Positions 36,634 through 46,729 of a stretch of DNA of 64,000 nucleotides are shown in pieces. Position 1 is the stretch's first letter. Each line of letters begins with the position of its first letter. The position numbers were made by a program, and so were the translations under genes. The stretch lies in sequence record KX130862; one strand, written 5' to 3'. The stretch is from Shigella phage SHFML-26. The notes beneath the pieces are model-generated. The model searched no databases and was not told where the DNA came from. It was given only the letters and a program-made list of their open reading frames with translations.

Positions 36634-36897
36634 TTATTTCATATTATTGAAATATTCTTCTGCGATTTCGTCGTTATCATGGTAAACTTTAGAAGACAGT
36701 TTAACATAACCTTCTGCTGTGAACATATTAATCACAACTTTTACAGTATACCACTGACCGTCTTCATTACCCATTACTGCGTAAGTTTCAAACATCGGAT
36801 GATCAGGACCGATAACTTTAATATCATTCACTGTACGACCGAAATCTTCTGAAACGCATTTCATAAAGAAGTTGAACAGTTCGCCGTAATTATCCAT
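36634..36897 (-). CDS. hypothetical protein
   Basis: Track ORF 36634..37017 includes promoter-leader translation (GTIQLSTTDTEN); ATG at MDNYGELF preferred. Confidence 0.5.
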   Translation of the reverse strand: MDNYGELFNFFMKCVSEDFGRTVNDIKVIGPDHPMFETYAVMGNEDGQWYTVKVVINMFTAEGYVKLSSKVYHDNDEIAEEYFNNMK

Positions 36898-36940
36898 TTC
36901 ATTCTCCAAGTTGTTTTCTGTATCAGTAGTTGATAGTTGT

Positions 36941-36970
36941 ATAGTACCATGGAAGAACAGAGATGTAAAC
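36941..36970 (-). promoter_or_regulatory. T4-type early promoter with conserved leader
   Basis: Same module (GTTTAC, TACTAT, leader ACAACTATCAACTACTGATACAGAAAAC) upstream of the 36634..36897 gene. Confidence 0.55.
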
Positions 36971-37092
36971 AGTTTTGTGAAAAAATTTTTAGGGAATTCT
37001 AGGGCAGGGATGGGCAATTAAAGGATAGGATAATATATTATAAAGAGTAGAAACTAAATGATGTCTAGAGAGGCCCGGAAAGGCCTAGATAC

Positions 37093-37122
37093 CAAAAAGC
37101 CCCAACCTTTCGGTCGGGGCTA
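37093..37122 (-). terminator. terminator of the tRNA/stable-RNA transcription unit
   Basis: Minus strand hairpin AGCCCCGACCGAAAGGUUGGGGCU followed by UUUUUGG; a second hairpin GGCCUUUCCGGGCC lies just downstream. Confidence 0.5.
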
Positions 37123-37126
37123 AGCC

Positions 37127-37433
37127 TTGCGGCAACCTTGTCGGGGTTCTACCTGCTAAGGCAAGTGTTTGTACGAAACGCCGGGATTCGAACCCGGTTA
37201 TTAAGCAGTTGACGCTACTCAATATTTTTAAAAGGCCATATCTCGACCATATCCGAACGTTCCGTCAAAAACGCTACTCGGCTTATGGCAAAGATATTTC
37301 CTCGAATCGATAATTCGGTGCGCCGTTTCTGTTGTGATAGTAAAGAGCCAGAACATAGTAAAACTGTGGGAGGAACTATACTCCAGGGAACATCAGTCCG
37401 ACGACTTGCCGGTAGCGACCCGGCTTCTTGTCT
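37127..37433 (-). ncRNA. putative small stable RNA region (like T4 species 1/2 RNAs rnaC/rnaD) downstream of tRNA-Arg
   Basis: Non-coding stretch with a tRNA-like T-arm (CCGGGTTCGAATCCCGG on the minus strand near 37181-37197) and strong hairpins; position matches the stable RNAs after tRNA-Arg in T4; boundaries approximate. Confidence 0.3.
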
Positions 37434-37435
37434 GG

Positions 37436-37508
37436 TCGAGGCAGTAGGGATCGAACCTACGACCCAGGACTTAGAAGGTCCTTGCTCTTCCTTCTGAGCT
37501 ATGCCCCG
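37436..37508 (-). tRNA. tRNA-Arg (anticodon TCT)
   Basis: Minus-strand cloverleaf: acceptor CGGGGCA/TGCCTCG, T-loop GGTTCGATCC, anticodon loop CTTCTAA. Confidence 0.8.
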
Positions 37509-37511
37509 TAA

Positions 37512-38177
37512 TTAAAATTTCATTTTTCGACCTTTAAACCATCCTTCTGGAATTGGGTCAGTTTTCTTAATACGTTTAGAAACTTTTTCATCTAATGAAT
37601 GAATCCACATCATACCAAATTGGGAATTCTTTTCACCTTTCTGGTGATTATTTTTAGCGTGAATTTCTTTCATTTTATTAATAGTTTCATCTGAATGGGA
37701 CTTACCCAAGAAAGATTTAGTATTTGAAAATTTCTCTCTATACTTAGGATTATCCCAAAGCTGTTTAAACCTTTCTGAACCCATTTTACGATATTTTTCT
37801 TTAAGGTCTGGGTCGTTCTCAAATCTGGTTTTAAAAGCGGCAGCTCCTTTTAAGGAAGCTTCTTTCTTTTTATCCAAATATTCTTTAGTGTTTAAATGGT
37901 CCCAACCACCTTCACCACCTAATTTCAAATTATAAACATCAGGGCGCTTTAAAAACTCTTCAGTCACAATATTCTTTTCTGACTCAAACATAGAGGTTTT
38001 ATCGTCAAAGAACTCTAATATTTCTTTAGAAAAATTTTCTATACCATACTTATCTTGGGCTCTTTTTAATAATTTACCAGAACCCATATATCCATCATCT
38101 AAATTTTCAGTTGAATGGGCGCCTATATAAATTTTATTATTAATTTTATTTGTTATTTTATAAGTGTAATAGAACAT
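37512..38177 (-). CDS. segB: GIY-YIG homing endonuclease SegB-like
   Basis: 221 aa; GIY-YIG module (YYTYKITN...IYIGAHST...GYMGSG); embedded in the tRNA cluster as segB is in T4. Confidence 0.8.
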   Translation of the reverse strand: MFYYTYKITNKINNKIYIGAHSTENLDDGYMGSGKLLKRAQDKYGIENFSKEILEFFDDKTSMFESEKNIVTEEFLKRPDVYNLKLGGEGGWDHLNTKEYLDKKKEASLKGAAAFKTRFENDPDLKEKYRKMGSERFKQLWDNPKYREKFSNTKSFLGKSHSDETINKMKEIHAKNNHQKGEKNSQFGMMWIHSLDEKVSKRIKKTDPIPEGWFKGRKMKF

Positions 38178-38219
38178 AAATATCTCCTATTTCTAAGAGT
38201 ATTTATGTTCTCAAAATAT

Positions 38220-38290
38220 GGCCCTGGGTGGAATTGAACCACCATCTGGCGATTATGAGTCGCTTGCTTGAACCTTCCAGCTACAGGGCC
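38220..38290 (-). tRNA. tRNA-Ile (anticodon CAT, Ile2-type)
   Basis: Minus-strand sequence GGCCCTGTAGCTGGAAGGTT...CTCATAA...GGTTCAATTCCACCCAGGGCCA. Confidence 0.75.
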
Positions 38291-38296
38291 TTGATA

Positions 38297-38369
38297 TGCT
38301 GATTGACGGAATCGAACCGCCGACCTTCTCATTACAAGTGAGTTGCTCTACCTACTGAGCTAAATCAGC
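38297..38369 (-). tRNA. tRNA-Thr (anticodon TGT)
   Basis: Minus-strand GCTGATTTAGCTCAGTAGGTAGAGC...CTTGTAA...GGTTCGATTCC...AATCAGCA. Confidence 0.8.
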
Positions 38370-38376
38370 GAAATTA

Positions 38377-38463
38377 CGGAGGCGATAGGATTTGAACCTA
38401 TGAGTCGCCGGAGCGACTGCCGGTTTTCAAGACCGGTGCATTAAACCACTCTGCCACGCCTCC
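38377..38463 (-). tRNA. tRNA-Ser (anticodon TGA)
   Basis: Minus-strand GGAGGCGTGGCAGAGTGGTTTAATGC...CTTGAAA...long variable arm...GGTTCAAATCC; G discriminator. Confidence 0.8.
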
Positions 38464-38465
38464 AG

Positions 38466-38539
38466 TCTCCGCGGCAGGATTTGAACCTGCGACATTCTGC
38501 TCCCAAAGCAGACGCTCTACCAAACTGAGCTACACGAAG
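38466..38539 (-). tRNA. tRNA-Pro (anticodon TGG)
   Basis: Minus-strand CTTCGTGTAGCTCAGTTTGGTAGAGC...TTTGGGA...GGTTCAAATCCTGCCGCGGAGA. Confidence 0.8.
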
Positions 38540-38550
38540 TAAATTAAATT

Positions 38551-38623
<73 letters not shown>

Positions 38624-38629
38624 AAACTT

Positions 38630-38716
38630 TGGTACGAGAAGTGGGACTCGAACCCACAAGGAAATCATTCCGCAGCATTTTAAGTGCTGTGCCTTTACCA
38701 ATTTGACCATTCTCGC
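38630..38716 (-). tRNA. tRNA-Leu (anticodon TAA)
   Basis: Minus-strand GCGAGAATGGTCAAATTGGTAAAGGCACAGCACTTAAAATGCTG...long variable arm...GGTTCGAGTCCCAC...ACCA (CCA encoded). Confidence 0.8.
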
Positions 38717-38717
38717 G

Positions 38718-38790
38718 CTGGGAATAAAGGACTCGAACCTTTGCATCCTGGAATCAAAATCCAGTGCCTTACCAACTTGGCTAATTCCCA
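38718..38790 (-). tRNA. tRNA-Gln (anticodon TTG)
   Basis: Minus-strand TGGGAATTAGCCAAGTTGGTAAGGCACTGGATTTTGATTCCAG...GGTTCGAGTCC...ATTCCCAG. Confidence 0.8.
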
Positions 38791-38876
38791 ATTATTAACA
38801 AAGGCTCTTAAGCAAGAACCCTTGATGATAGAGGGTATTAATCAGTGCGGTATGAGTTAATAATAACAAATAATTC

Positions 38877-39401
38877 TTAAAGCAAATTAAACATTTTAAC
38901 GGTCGGCAAAACAATTTCTTCTTCTATATAAGAGTATTTAACACTCTCAACTACACGCAAAAAATCATAATCATAATACTCAGAAGCATTACCTAAAATA
39001 TTAATAAGTCCTTCAAGCACTTTATTACCATTCACAAAGAATAAGTCAAATACACGTTCTTCATCTTCTTCAGATTTATTACCAAGATCAACTTCTATGC
39101 GAAAGACCTTTTTAATGAATTCTGGATAAAGCTGGTCTGAGAACAGTCCTTCAACTAAGTATTCATAAATAAAAACAGATTGCTCGCTGAACAAACCATT
39201 ACCACAATAGCGCTCAATTTTAGTACTAGAATATCTGCTTTTAAATTTCTTTAAAAGATACTGAAATTGTAAGATTTCATGCTCTTCTACGCCAAACAGT
39301 GTTTTAGTTTTATAGTTGTCACCATCATTTTCCCAGGTAGTGACATCAATTACGTAACCCTGCGGAATTGTAGTACCCAAACAAATATTCATTTTCACCA
39401 C
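38877..39401 (-). CDS. hypothetical protein
   Basis: 174-aa ORF between the tRNA cluster and the internal-protein genes. Confidence 0.5.
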   Translation of the reverse strand: MVKMNICLGTTIPQGYVIDVTTWENDGDNYKTKTLFGVEEHEILQFQYLLKKFKSRYSSTKIERYCGNGLFSEQSVFIYEYLVEGLFSDQLYPEFIKKVFRIEVDLGNKSEEDEERVFDLFFVNGNKVLEGLINILGNASEYYDYDFLRVVESVKYSYIEEEIVLPTVKMFNLL

Positions 39402-39685
39402 GCTGCATTAATGTAAGTATATTTAATACATTCAAGACCCAAAGGATTCTTGAAAATATCATATTCAAGAAGACCTTTTTCTGTTTCAATAAAGAAATCA
39501 AAATTTACTGTATTAAATTTACGTTCTTCCTTCACTAATTTAACTTGTGAAGATGAACGGTCAATGTAAACCTTTTCAACTTCAAAACATGTTAAAATGC
39601 CATAATCATCAATCAAGGCTTTAGCTGCTTCTTGATCATATTTATATCCATTTTCAATGGATGATACTTTAGCATAAAGAATCAT
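39395..39685 (-). CDS. hypothetical protein
   Basis: 96-aa ORF. Confidence 0.5.
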   Translation of the reverse strand: MILYAKVSSIENGYKYDQEAAKALIDDYGILTCFEVEKVYIDRSSSQVKLVKEERKFNTVNFDFFIETEKGLLEYDIFKNPLGLECIKYTYINAAW

Positions 39686-39687
39686 TA

Positions 39688-40086
39688 TCAGCCTTCATCA
39701 ACAATAGTGTGAGTATTAGCATTTACGATTTGCCACCAATCAAAGCGATTAGAATCCATAGGTTTGTTTTCATTTTCTTTGATAATGTCACGGAGTTCAT
39801 CTTCAGAGAATGCTTTAGCAATTAAATCGGTATACCCACCACGGGGATAATAATTATCACCTGCAAACAAAAGGAAATTTACCTTCCCGGAAGGAACATA
39901 CGCTTCCTTAGGATACTTGTTTCCTGCGTGGTCAACCACTTCAATATAACGGTAAGGAATATCGGTTCTTTCAACCCATTGCCATGCCGCTGCAGGGGAA
40001 TCGAAAGCATCTACACCTAAACGATTATCTTCATCTTTAGACGGATTATTTTCGTAATCCGCATATACATAATATTCAACGTTCAT
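39688..40086 (-). CDS. hypothetical protein
   Basis: 132-aa ORF. Confidence 0.5.
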   Translation of the reverse strand: MNVEYYVYADYENNPSKDEDNRLGVDAFDSPAAAWQWVERTDIPYRYIEVVDHAGNKYPKEAYVPSGKVNFLLFAGDNYYPRGGYTDLIAKAFSEDELRDIIKENENKPMDSNRFDWWQIVNANTHTIVDEG

Positions 40087-40271
40087 TATTCACCTTTAGA
40101 AATTTTATCCATAACGATAGCAATTAAACCAATTAAAAATGCTACTACAAGTGAAAAAACATTTTCTGCCGTAGTCAATAATCCGCATATAAATCCAACA
40201 AACATTGAAAAACTGAAAGCGGAAGCAGAAATTGCAATAGCAACATTTCGAATTAATTCACAACGTTTCAT
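40086..40271 (-). CDS. small membrane protein (61 aa)
   Basis: Track ORF 40086..40412 includes promoter-leader translation; ATG at MKRCELIR follows the conserved leader and SD; two hydrophobic helices. Confidence 0.45.
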   Translation of the reverse strand: MKRCELIRNVAIAISASAFSFSMFVGFICGLLTTAENVFSLVVAFLIGLIAIVMDKISKGE

Positions 40272-40298
40272 TTTATTCTCCTCAGTAGTTGATAGGGT

Positions 40299-40328
40299 AA
40301 TAGTATCACTACCCCATCTAAAAGTAAA
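40299..40328 (-). promoter_or_regulatory. T4-type early promoter with conserved leader
   Basis: Upstream of the small membrane-protein gene (start near 40271). Confidence 0.5.
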
Positions 40329-40329
40329 C

Positions 40330-40563
40330 TTATTTTTTACGAAAAATTGATTTATTTTCTGCTGCCCATTTTTCAATAACTGCAGCAGGACCAGTAACAA
40401 CAATTTTATCACCGTAATCTTCTGCGGCGAGTTGACCGAAATTATCTAATGCATCACGAAGAACTCCATGAGGCATTTCACCCATTTTATCTTTCTTGCC
40501 GGTGTAAATAAACTCAACTTTTGCATCAGAAGATTCAGCGATAAATTCTTTGAAAGTTTTCAT
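40330..40563 (-). CDS. internal protein with capsid targeting sequence (IPI-like)
   Basis: Track ORF 40330..40575; starts MKTFKEFIAES, the internal-protein targeting consensus; own early promoter. Confidence 0.65.
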   Translation of the reverse strand: MKTFKEFIAESSDAKVEFIYTGKKDKMGEMPHGVLRDALDNFGQLAAEDYGDKIVVTGPAAVIEKWAAENKSIFRKK

Positions 40564-40600
40564 TTTAGTTTCCATTCGATTGTTTTGTTTTGATAGGGTA

Positions 40601-40630
40601 ATAGTATCACAACTAAAACCCTATGTAAAC
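40601..40630 (-). promoter_or_regulatory. T4-type early promoter of internal-protein gene 40330..40563
   Basis: GTTTAC, 18 nt, TACTAT; about 60 bp block nearly identical to the one at 40921-40950. Confidence 0.55.
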
Positions 40631-40642
40631 AACTTTGTGAAA

Positions 40643-40900
40643 TTATTTTAAATCTTCTAATCGTTTCTTCATCTTAGAACCATTTTTAGCAATTTCTCCT
40701 GCATCGGAGCATAATGCTAAAAGTGCTTTAACTTTCGTTTGGTCTCCTTTAAAAGATGAAGGATCTACTGCAGCAGCAAGTTCTTTAATACGAGAGAAAA
40801 GACGCTCAGCTTCAGCTAAAGCCATTCCAAGCTTTACTTCCATACCGTGGGAAGATTCAGTGATAGTAGTTTTTGTAGCAAACTCTTTGAAAGTTTTCAT
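40643..40900 (-). CDS. internal protein with targeting-sequence-like N-terminus
   Basis: 85 aa; starts MKTFKEFATK; preceded by a near-identical copy of the promoter module of the neighbouring internal-protein gene. Confidence 0.6.
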   Translation of the reverse strand: MKTFKEFATKTTITESSHGMEVKLGMALAEAERLFSRIKELAAAVDPSSFKGDQTKVKALLALCSDAGEIAKNGSKMKKRLEDLK

Positions 40901-40920
40901 TTTATTTTCCTAATTAATTT

Positions 40921-40950
40921 TGATGAGGTAATAGTATCACTACCTCATCA
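40921..40950 (-). promoter_or_regulatory. T4-type early promoter of internal-protein gene 40643..40900
   Basis: Duplicate promoter module (ttgtgaaattattttaaat ... gtaaac ... atagta). Confidence 0.55.
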
Positions 40951-40972
40951 GCATGTAAACAACTTTGTGAAA

Positions 40973-41657
<685 letters not shown>

Positions 41658-41658
<1 letters not shown>

Positions 41659-42383
41659 TATAGTACCTTTAGTGTATTTTTAATTTTAGAAAAAAGTTCT
41701 TCAAGAGAACCATCGTTTGTAATTACTAAATCGCCATCACGAATTGGCAATCCAGCTTCTGTAATATGTGTATCATTGGATTTTTGACCAGGACGAACTA
41801 CATGAATTACTGTAGCACCCATCGCCCTAGCCGCATCCATTTCATGATCTTGACGAGTATCAGGAACGATATAATAATCATAACCTGAGTTAAATTTATC
41901 AAGATAATCTAAAGCAAATAATTTTACCCAGTACATGCGATCGAAGTTATTAACAATCAAATCCGTACCTAGGGCTTGCATCAGACGACGGACTGACCAT
42001 TGATCTTCAATATTATTTATAACGTCAATAATCTTGTTAAATGATACGGAATTAACTGATTCTTGTCCTTCGTCATCAAAAACAAACACACCTTTAATTG
42101 GGCTTTTACCATTAAGATAGCAAAATGCTTGTTCCATAATCGTGATTACTTCTAATTTAGTCAGATTTAAATTAGTCTCACGATCATAGTCAATTCCTTC
42201 AAACTCTTTACGAGTTAAGCAAGGATAGTCAGTGTTTGCTGCAAATACGCCCCATGCATAAGCCAATGCATCCTTAATAGGACCAGCAAGTTGGTATTTA
42301 ACTGCAGAATAATTGCTCATGATAAAATCAGCAGTAGTATCTTTTCCACTACGCTTTACACCGCTTAAAAAGATTAGTTTCAT
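41658..42383 (-). CDS. 1: deoxynucleoside monophosphate kinase gp1
   Basis: Track ORF 41658..42422; starting at MKLIFLSGVKRSGKDT gives 241 aa as in T4 gp1; P-loop GVKRSGKDT. Confidence 0.92.
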
Positions 42384-42432
42384 GTGTTTCTCCTCAAATT
42401 TAATTAAGATTATAACACACAAAACTGAAGCA

Positions 42433-42963
42433 TTAAACTTCTGCTATAATTTTACCATCTTTTTCTACTTGAAAATAGGTGTAAGGAATCGTGGCTGTAC
42501 ATACTAAAGCCGGGTCTGAATCTTCTGTGTAGCTAAATTCTACTTCAGATAGGTCAGAAACCCAAGGCTTATAAAAATTTATTGACATCACGATTTCAGT
42601 TTTGCTATTATCTAAGATGTAAAGCGTAATGTACTCAGGACCTGTTTTTTGGGCAGTATTTTCGCCTGTAAGATAGTTACTAGTTCCTAGCATCCATTCA
42701 TACATTCCTATCCACGACTTAAGCTCTTCGTCAACTATAAATCTCACGATGAGTGGATCGTATTCAAATGTAACTCCTGGACGTTGTGCTCTGCCTAGTC
42801 CAAACGGCCCAGTCACGGTATCAGTAACAGGTATTCTAATTCCCGGAATAGGAACTGACTGAGCATTTAAAGTAAAAGCAGATGTAGTATTACTATGTGG
42901 TATTGATACTACAAAGTTAGTTGTATTTGCTTGGTTAAAAATTTGTTGCAGTGCTTGCGACAT
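42433..42963 (-). CDS. 3: tail completion and sheath stabiliser gp3
   Basis: Track ORF 42433..43044; starting at MSQALQQIFNQ gives 176 aa as in T4 gp3. Confidence 0.85.
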   Translation of the reverse strand: MSQALQQIFNQANTTNFVVSIPHSNTTSAFTLNAQSVPIPGIRIPVTDTVTGPFGLGRAQRPGVTFEYDPLIVRFIVDEELKSWIGMYEWMLGTSNYLTGENTAQKTGPEYITLYILDNSKTEIVMSINFYKPWVSDLSEVEFSYTEDSDPALVCTATIPYTYFQVEKDGKIIAEV

Positions 42964-43069
42964 ATATTCCTCATAATGCTTTATAACTGTTGGTGGTATA
43001 ATGGGTCTAAGTCCCTTCCATTCAATTCCATTTAGAACAAACAACAGAAAAGAATGGAAGATAATAGAA

Positions 43070-43894
43070 TTAGATATTTGACCAGACTTTGTTTGCAGAG
43101 AAACGTTTTCCTTTTGAAACGAACTGCTGAAGTGGCATTAACACAACGTTCTCCCAGTCTTTCGGGGCGATTTCAACAAGGCTACCCATAATATTACCGG
43201 GGATATATGCCTTAATCATTTGGTCTGCACCCCTAAATCCTTTCACTTGACTCCAATCAATTTTTAATTTCGTTTTATTAGTAATAGTAGGTGTATTTGC
43301 ATATTGCTTTAAAAGCTCTTCTAGAAATTGCTGACGAGCTTTAGGTGGAATATAGTGCAAGTTCAATCCGTACATTAAATTATGTTTACCTAAACCAAGG
43401 TAAATTATTAAAGGAAATTTATCCCAGTAAGGAAGAGTTTCCTTGTGTTTAGCATCATAAGCAAAAGCATATATTCGTCCCGGCTGCGGGCGAACAACTT
43501 TATGTCCTTTTACTTGCTTAATAGTTTCGGCAAACCACTTTCTTGTTTTATTATTAATTGCTGCACCTTCATTACGAATTTTATCACGCAATGTTTGTCT
43601 GAATGAATTTATCATAAGCAGTTGTCTTTCTTGCTTATTGAGTTTATTCATTGGTTTTGATTCAAGCTTTTGAATCTTTTCAGCCGTTTTAATTCCTGAA
43701 GCATATTTTGACATTGCTGAAGTAAACGTAGAGTATTTGATTCCTCTTTCTTCAGCAAATTGCTTTCCTGTCATTCCTTTTGCTTTGGCCTTTTTATATT
43801 CAAGACCTATCTGAATCCATTTCTTTTCGTTTAATGATTGCTTAACCTTTGGAACTTGGGGAGTGCTTTCATTAATTATTTGAAAAATAGCCAT
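43070..43894 (-). CDS. 2: DNA end protector gp2
   Basis: 274 aa, basic; length and position (between genes 3 and 4) equal T4 gp2. Confidence 0.85.
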   Translation of the reverse strand: MAIFQIINESTPQVPKVKQSLNEKKWIQIGLEYKKAKAKGMTGKQFAEERGIKYSTFTSAMSKYASGIKTAEKIQKLESKPMNKLNKQERQLLMINSFRQTLRDKIRNEGAAINNKTRKWFAETIKQVKGHKVVRPQPGRIYAFAYDAKHKETLPYWDKFPLIIYLGLGKHNLMYGLNLHYIPPKARQQFLEELLKQYANTPTITNKTKLKIDWSQVKGFRGADQMIKAYIPGNIMGSLVEIAPKDWENVVLMPLQQFVSKGKRFSANKVWSNI

Positions 43895-44346
43895 TATGCC
43901 CCCTTAAAGCCAAGAGCTCGTAATCCATCTTCTGTTAAAATTCTAAATTTTATTCCACGCTTTTCAGCTAAAGATTGTGCTGCTTTCCATTTGTCGGTAT
44001 TAACAGAATATGTATAAATTTCATTCATAAATCTTTTCTTCGCTGCAGTTGTTAGATGTGCCGGTTTAACTGGTGGTTGTGTTTCTTTTTTAGGTTTTAT
44101 TTCAATAAAAAATTCTTGTCCAGAAGAATCTTTCATCCAAATATCCATGAAGTATCTACGTTTTTTCCCTTCTGCATTACAAAAATAAGGAATTACTGCT
44201 GTTTCACTACCCCATGCAATAATTTCTGGATTTTTATCTAACCATTCAAAAAAGAATTTTTCCCAATTTGATCTATACGTAATTTTTTTAGGGTCACCTC
44301 TATACTTTGATATATTTTTAGGAACCCATTTTCCAGAATATGCCAT
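43894..44346 (-). CDS. 4: head completion protein gp4
   Basis: 150 aa; length and position equal T4 gp4; divergent from gene 53 across a late-promoter region. Confidence 0.85.
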   Translation of the reverse strand: MAYSGKWVPKNISKYRGDPKKITYRSNWEKFFFEWLDKNPEIIAWGSETAVIPYFCNAEGKKRRYFMDIWMKDSSGQEFFIEIKPKKETQPPVKPAHLTTAAKKRFMNEIYTYSVNTDKWKAAQSLAEKRGIKFRILTEDGLRALGFKGA

Positions 44347-44357
44347 TGGATTCTCCT

Positions 44358-44365
44358 TATAAATA
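44358..44365 (+). promoter_or_regulatory. late promoter TATAAATA for gene 53
   Basis: Exact TATAAATA about 30 nt upstream of the gene 53 ATG. Confidence 0.6.
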
Positions 44366-44372
44366 GATAATA

Positions 44373-44380
44373 TATTTATA
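44373..44380 (-). promoter_or_regulatory. late promoter TATAAATA (minus strand) for gene 4
   Basis: Reverse-complement TATAAATA about 27 nt upstream of the gene 4 ATG; divergent from the gene 53 promoter. Confidence 0.5.
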
Positions 44381-44393
44381 AACAGGAGGGCCC

Positions 44394-44984
44394 ATGCTCT
44401 TTACATTTTTTGATCCGATTGAATATGCGGCCAAAACGGTGAATAAAAACGCGCCGACTATTCCTATGACAGATATTTTTAGAAACTATAAAGACTATTT
44501 TAAACGTGCTCTTGCGGGATACCGCTTACGTACTTATTATATTAAAGGTTCACCACGCCCGGAAGAATTAGCAAATACTATATATGGAAATCCACAGTTG
44601 TATTGGGTTTTATTGATGTGTAATGATAATTATGATCCGTATTATGGATGGATTACTTCACAAGAAGCTGCTTATCAAGCATCTATACAAAAATATAAAA
44701 ATGTGGGTGGAGACCAAATAGTATATCATGTGAATGAGAACGGTGAAAAATTTTATAATTTAATATCATACGATGATAATCCATATGTTTGGTATGATAA
44801 AGGTGATAAAGCTAGAAAATATCCTCAATATGAAGGAGCACTTGCTGCTGTTAATACGTATGAAGATGCTGTTCTTGAAAATGAAAAACTTCGTCAAATA
44901 AAAATAATAGCAAAATCAGACATTAATTCATTTATGAACGACCTTATACGTATAATGGAGAAATCTTATGGAAATGATAAGTAA
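44394..44984 (+). CDS. 53: baseplate wedge protein gp53
   Basis: 196 aa; TATAAATA late promoter and AGGAGGG SD upstream; length equals T4 gp53. Confidence 0.9.
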   Translation: MLFTFFDPIEYAAKTVNKNAPTIPMTDIFRNYKDYFKRALAGYRLRTYYIKGSPRPEELANTIYGNPQLYWVLLMCNDNYDPYYGWITSQEAAYQASIQKYKNVGGDQIVYHVNENGEKFYNLISYDDNPYVWYDKGDKARKYPQYEGALAAVNTYEDAVLENEKLRQIKIIAKSDINSFMNDLIRIMEKSYGNDK

Positions 44985-46695
44985 TAACCTTAATTGGTTT
45001 GTCGGTGTTGTTGAAGATAGAATGGACCCATTAAAATTAGGTCGTGTTCGTGTTCGTGTGGTTGGTCTGCATCCACCTCAAAGAGCACAAGGTGATGTAA
45101 TGGGTATTCCAACTGAAAAATTACCATGGATGTCAGTTATTCAACCTATAACTTCTGCAGCAATGTCAGGAATTGGAGGTTCTGTTACTGGACCGGTAGA
45201 AGGAACTAGAGTTTATGGTCATTTTTTGGACAAATGGAAAACTAACGGAATTGTCCTTGGCACGTATGGTGGAATAGTTCGCGAAAAACCGAATAGACTT
45301 GAAGGATTTTCTGACCCAACTGGGCAGTATCCTAGACGTTTAGGAAATGATACTAACGTACTAAACCAAGGCGGAGAAGTAGGATATGATTCGTCTTCTA
45401 ACGTTATCCAAGATAGTAATCTAGACACCGCAATAAATCCCGATGATAGACCACTATCAGAGATTCCAACCGATGATAATCCAAATATGTCAATGGCTGA
45501 AATGCTTCGCCGTGATGAAGGATTAAGACTAAAAGTTTATTGGGATACCGAAGGATATCCGACAATTGGTATTGGTCATCTTATCATGAAGCAGCCAGTT
45601 CGTGATATGGCTCAAATTAATAAAGTTTTATCAAAACAAGTTGGTCGTGAAATTACTGGAAACCCAGGTTCTATTACGATGGAAGAGGCGACGACTTTAT
45701 TTGAGCGTGATTTGGCTGATATGCAACGTGACATTAAATCACATTCTAAAGTAGGACCAGTCTGGCAAGCTGTCAACCGTTCTCGTCAAATGGCATTAGA
45801 AAATATGGCATTTCAGATGGGTGTTGGTGGTGTAGCTAAATTTAACACAATGTTAACTGCTATGTTAGCCGGAGATTGGGAAAAAGCATATAAAGCTGGT
45901 CGTGATTCATTGTGGTATCAACAAACAAAAGGCCGTGCATCCCGTGTTACCATGATTATTCTTACGGGGAATTTGGAATCATATGGTGTTGAAGTGAAAA
46001 CCCCAGCTAGGTCTCTATCAGCAATGGCTGCTACTGTAGCTAAATCTTCTGACCCTGCTGACCCTCCTATTCCAAATGACTCGAGAATTTTATTCAAAGA
46101 ACCAGTTTCTTCATATAAAGGTGAATATCCTTATGTGCATACAATGGAAACTGAAAGCGGACATATTCAGGAATTTGATGATACCCCTGGGCAAGAACGA
46201 TACAGATTAGTTCATCCAACTGGAACTTATGAAGAAGTATCACCCTCAGGAAGAAGAACAAGAAAAACTGTTGATAATTTGTATGATATAACAAACGCTG
46301 ATGGTAATTTTTTGGTAGCCGGTGATAAAAAGACTAACGTCGGTGGATCAGAAATTTATTACAACATGGATAATCGTCTTCACCAAATAGATGGAAGCAA
46401 TACAATATTTGTACGTGGCGATGAAACTAAGACGGTTGAAGGTAATGGAACTATCCTAGTCAAAGGTAATGTTACTATCGTAGTTGAAGGTAATGCTGAC
46501 ATTACAGTTAAAGGAGATGCTACCACTTTAGTTGAAGGAAATCAGACTAATACAGTAAATGGAAATCTTTCTTGGAAAGTTGCTGGGACAGTTGATTGGG
46601 ACGTTGGTGGTGATTGGACAGAAAAAATGGCATCTATGAGTTCTATTTCATCTGGTCAATACACAATTGATGGATCGAGGATTGACATTGGCTAA
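44968..46695 (+). CDS. 5: baseplate central spike and tail lysozyme gp5
   Basis: 575 aa; N-terminal OB domain, central T4-lysozyme-like domain (MLRRDEGLRLKVYWDTEGYPTIGIGHL), C-terminal VxGxxxxx beta-helix repeats. Confidence 0.97.
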   Translation: MEMISNNLNWFVGVVEDRMDPLKLGRVRVRVVGLHPPQRAQGDVMGIPTEKLPWMSVIQPITSAAMSGIGGSVTGPVEGTRVYGHFLDKWKTNGIVLGTYGGIVREKPNRLEGFSDPTGQYPRRLGNDTNVLNQGGEVGYDSSSNVIQDSNLDTAINPDDRPLSEIPTDDNPNMSMAEMLRRDEGLRLKVYWDTEGYPTIGIGHLIMKQPVRDMAQINKVLSKQVGREITGNPGSITMEEATTLFERDLADMQRDIKSHSKVGPVWQAVNRSRQMALENMAFQMGVGGVAKFNTMLTAMLAGDWEKAYKAGRDSLWYQQTKGRASRVTMIILTGNLESYGVEVKTPARSLSAMAATVAKSSDPADPPIPNDSRILFKEPVSSYKGEYPYVHTMETESGHIQEFDDTPGQERYRLVHPTGTYEEVSPSGRRTRKTVDNLYDITNADGNFLVAGDKKTNVGGSEIYYNMDNRLHQIDGSNTIFVRGDETKTVEGNGTILVKGNVTIVVEGNADITVKGDATTLVEGNQTNTVNGNLSWKVAGTVDWDVGGDWTEKMASMSSISSGQYTIDGSRIDIG

Positions 46696-46729
46696 TATAC
46701 TTCCAATGAGCGCTGATTTAGGAGAATCC

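Noticed and set aside
37285-37497. Plus ORF 37285..37497 (70 aa)
   Set aside because: Overlaps tRNA-Arg and the structured non-coding region on the opposite strand; translation of RNA-gene sequence.
45219-46294. Minus ORFs 45219..45428 and 46094..46294
   Set aside because: Antisense to gene 5 and fully contained within it.
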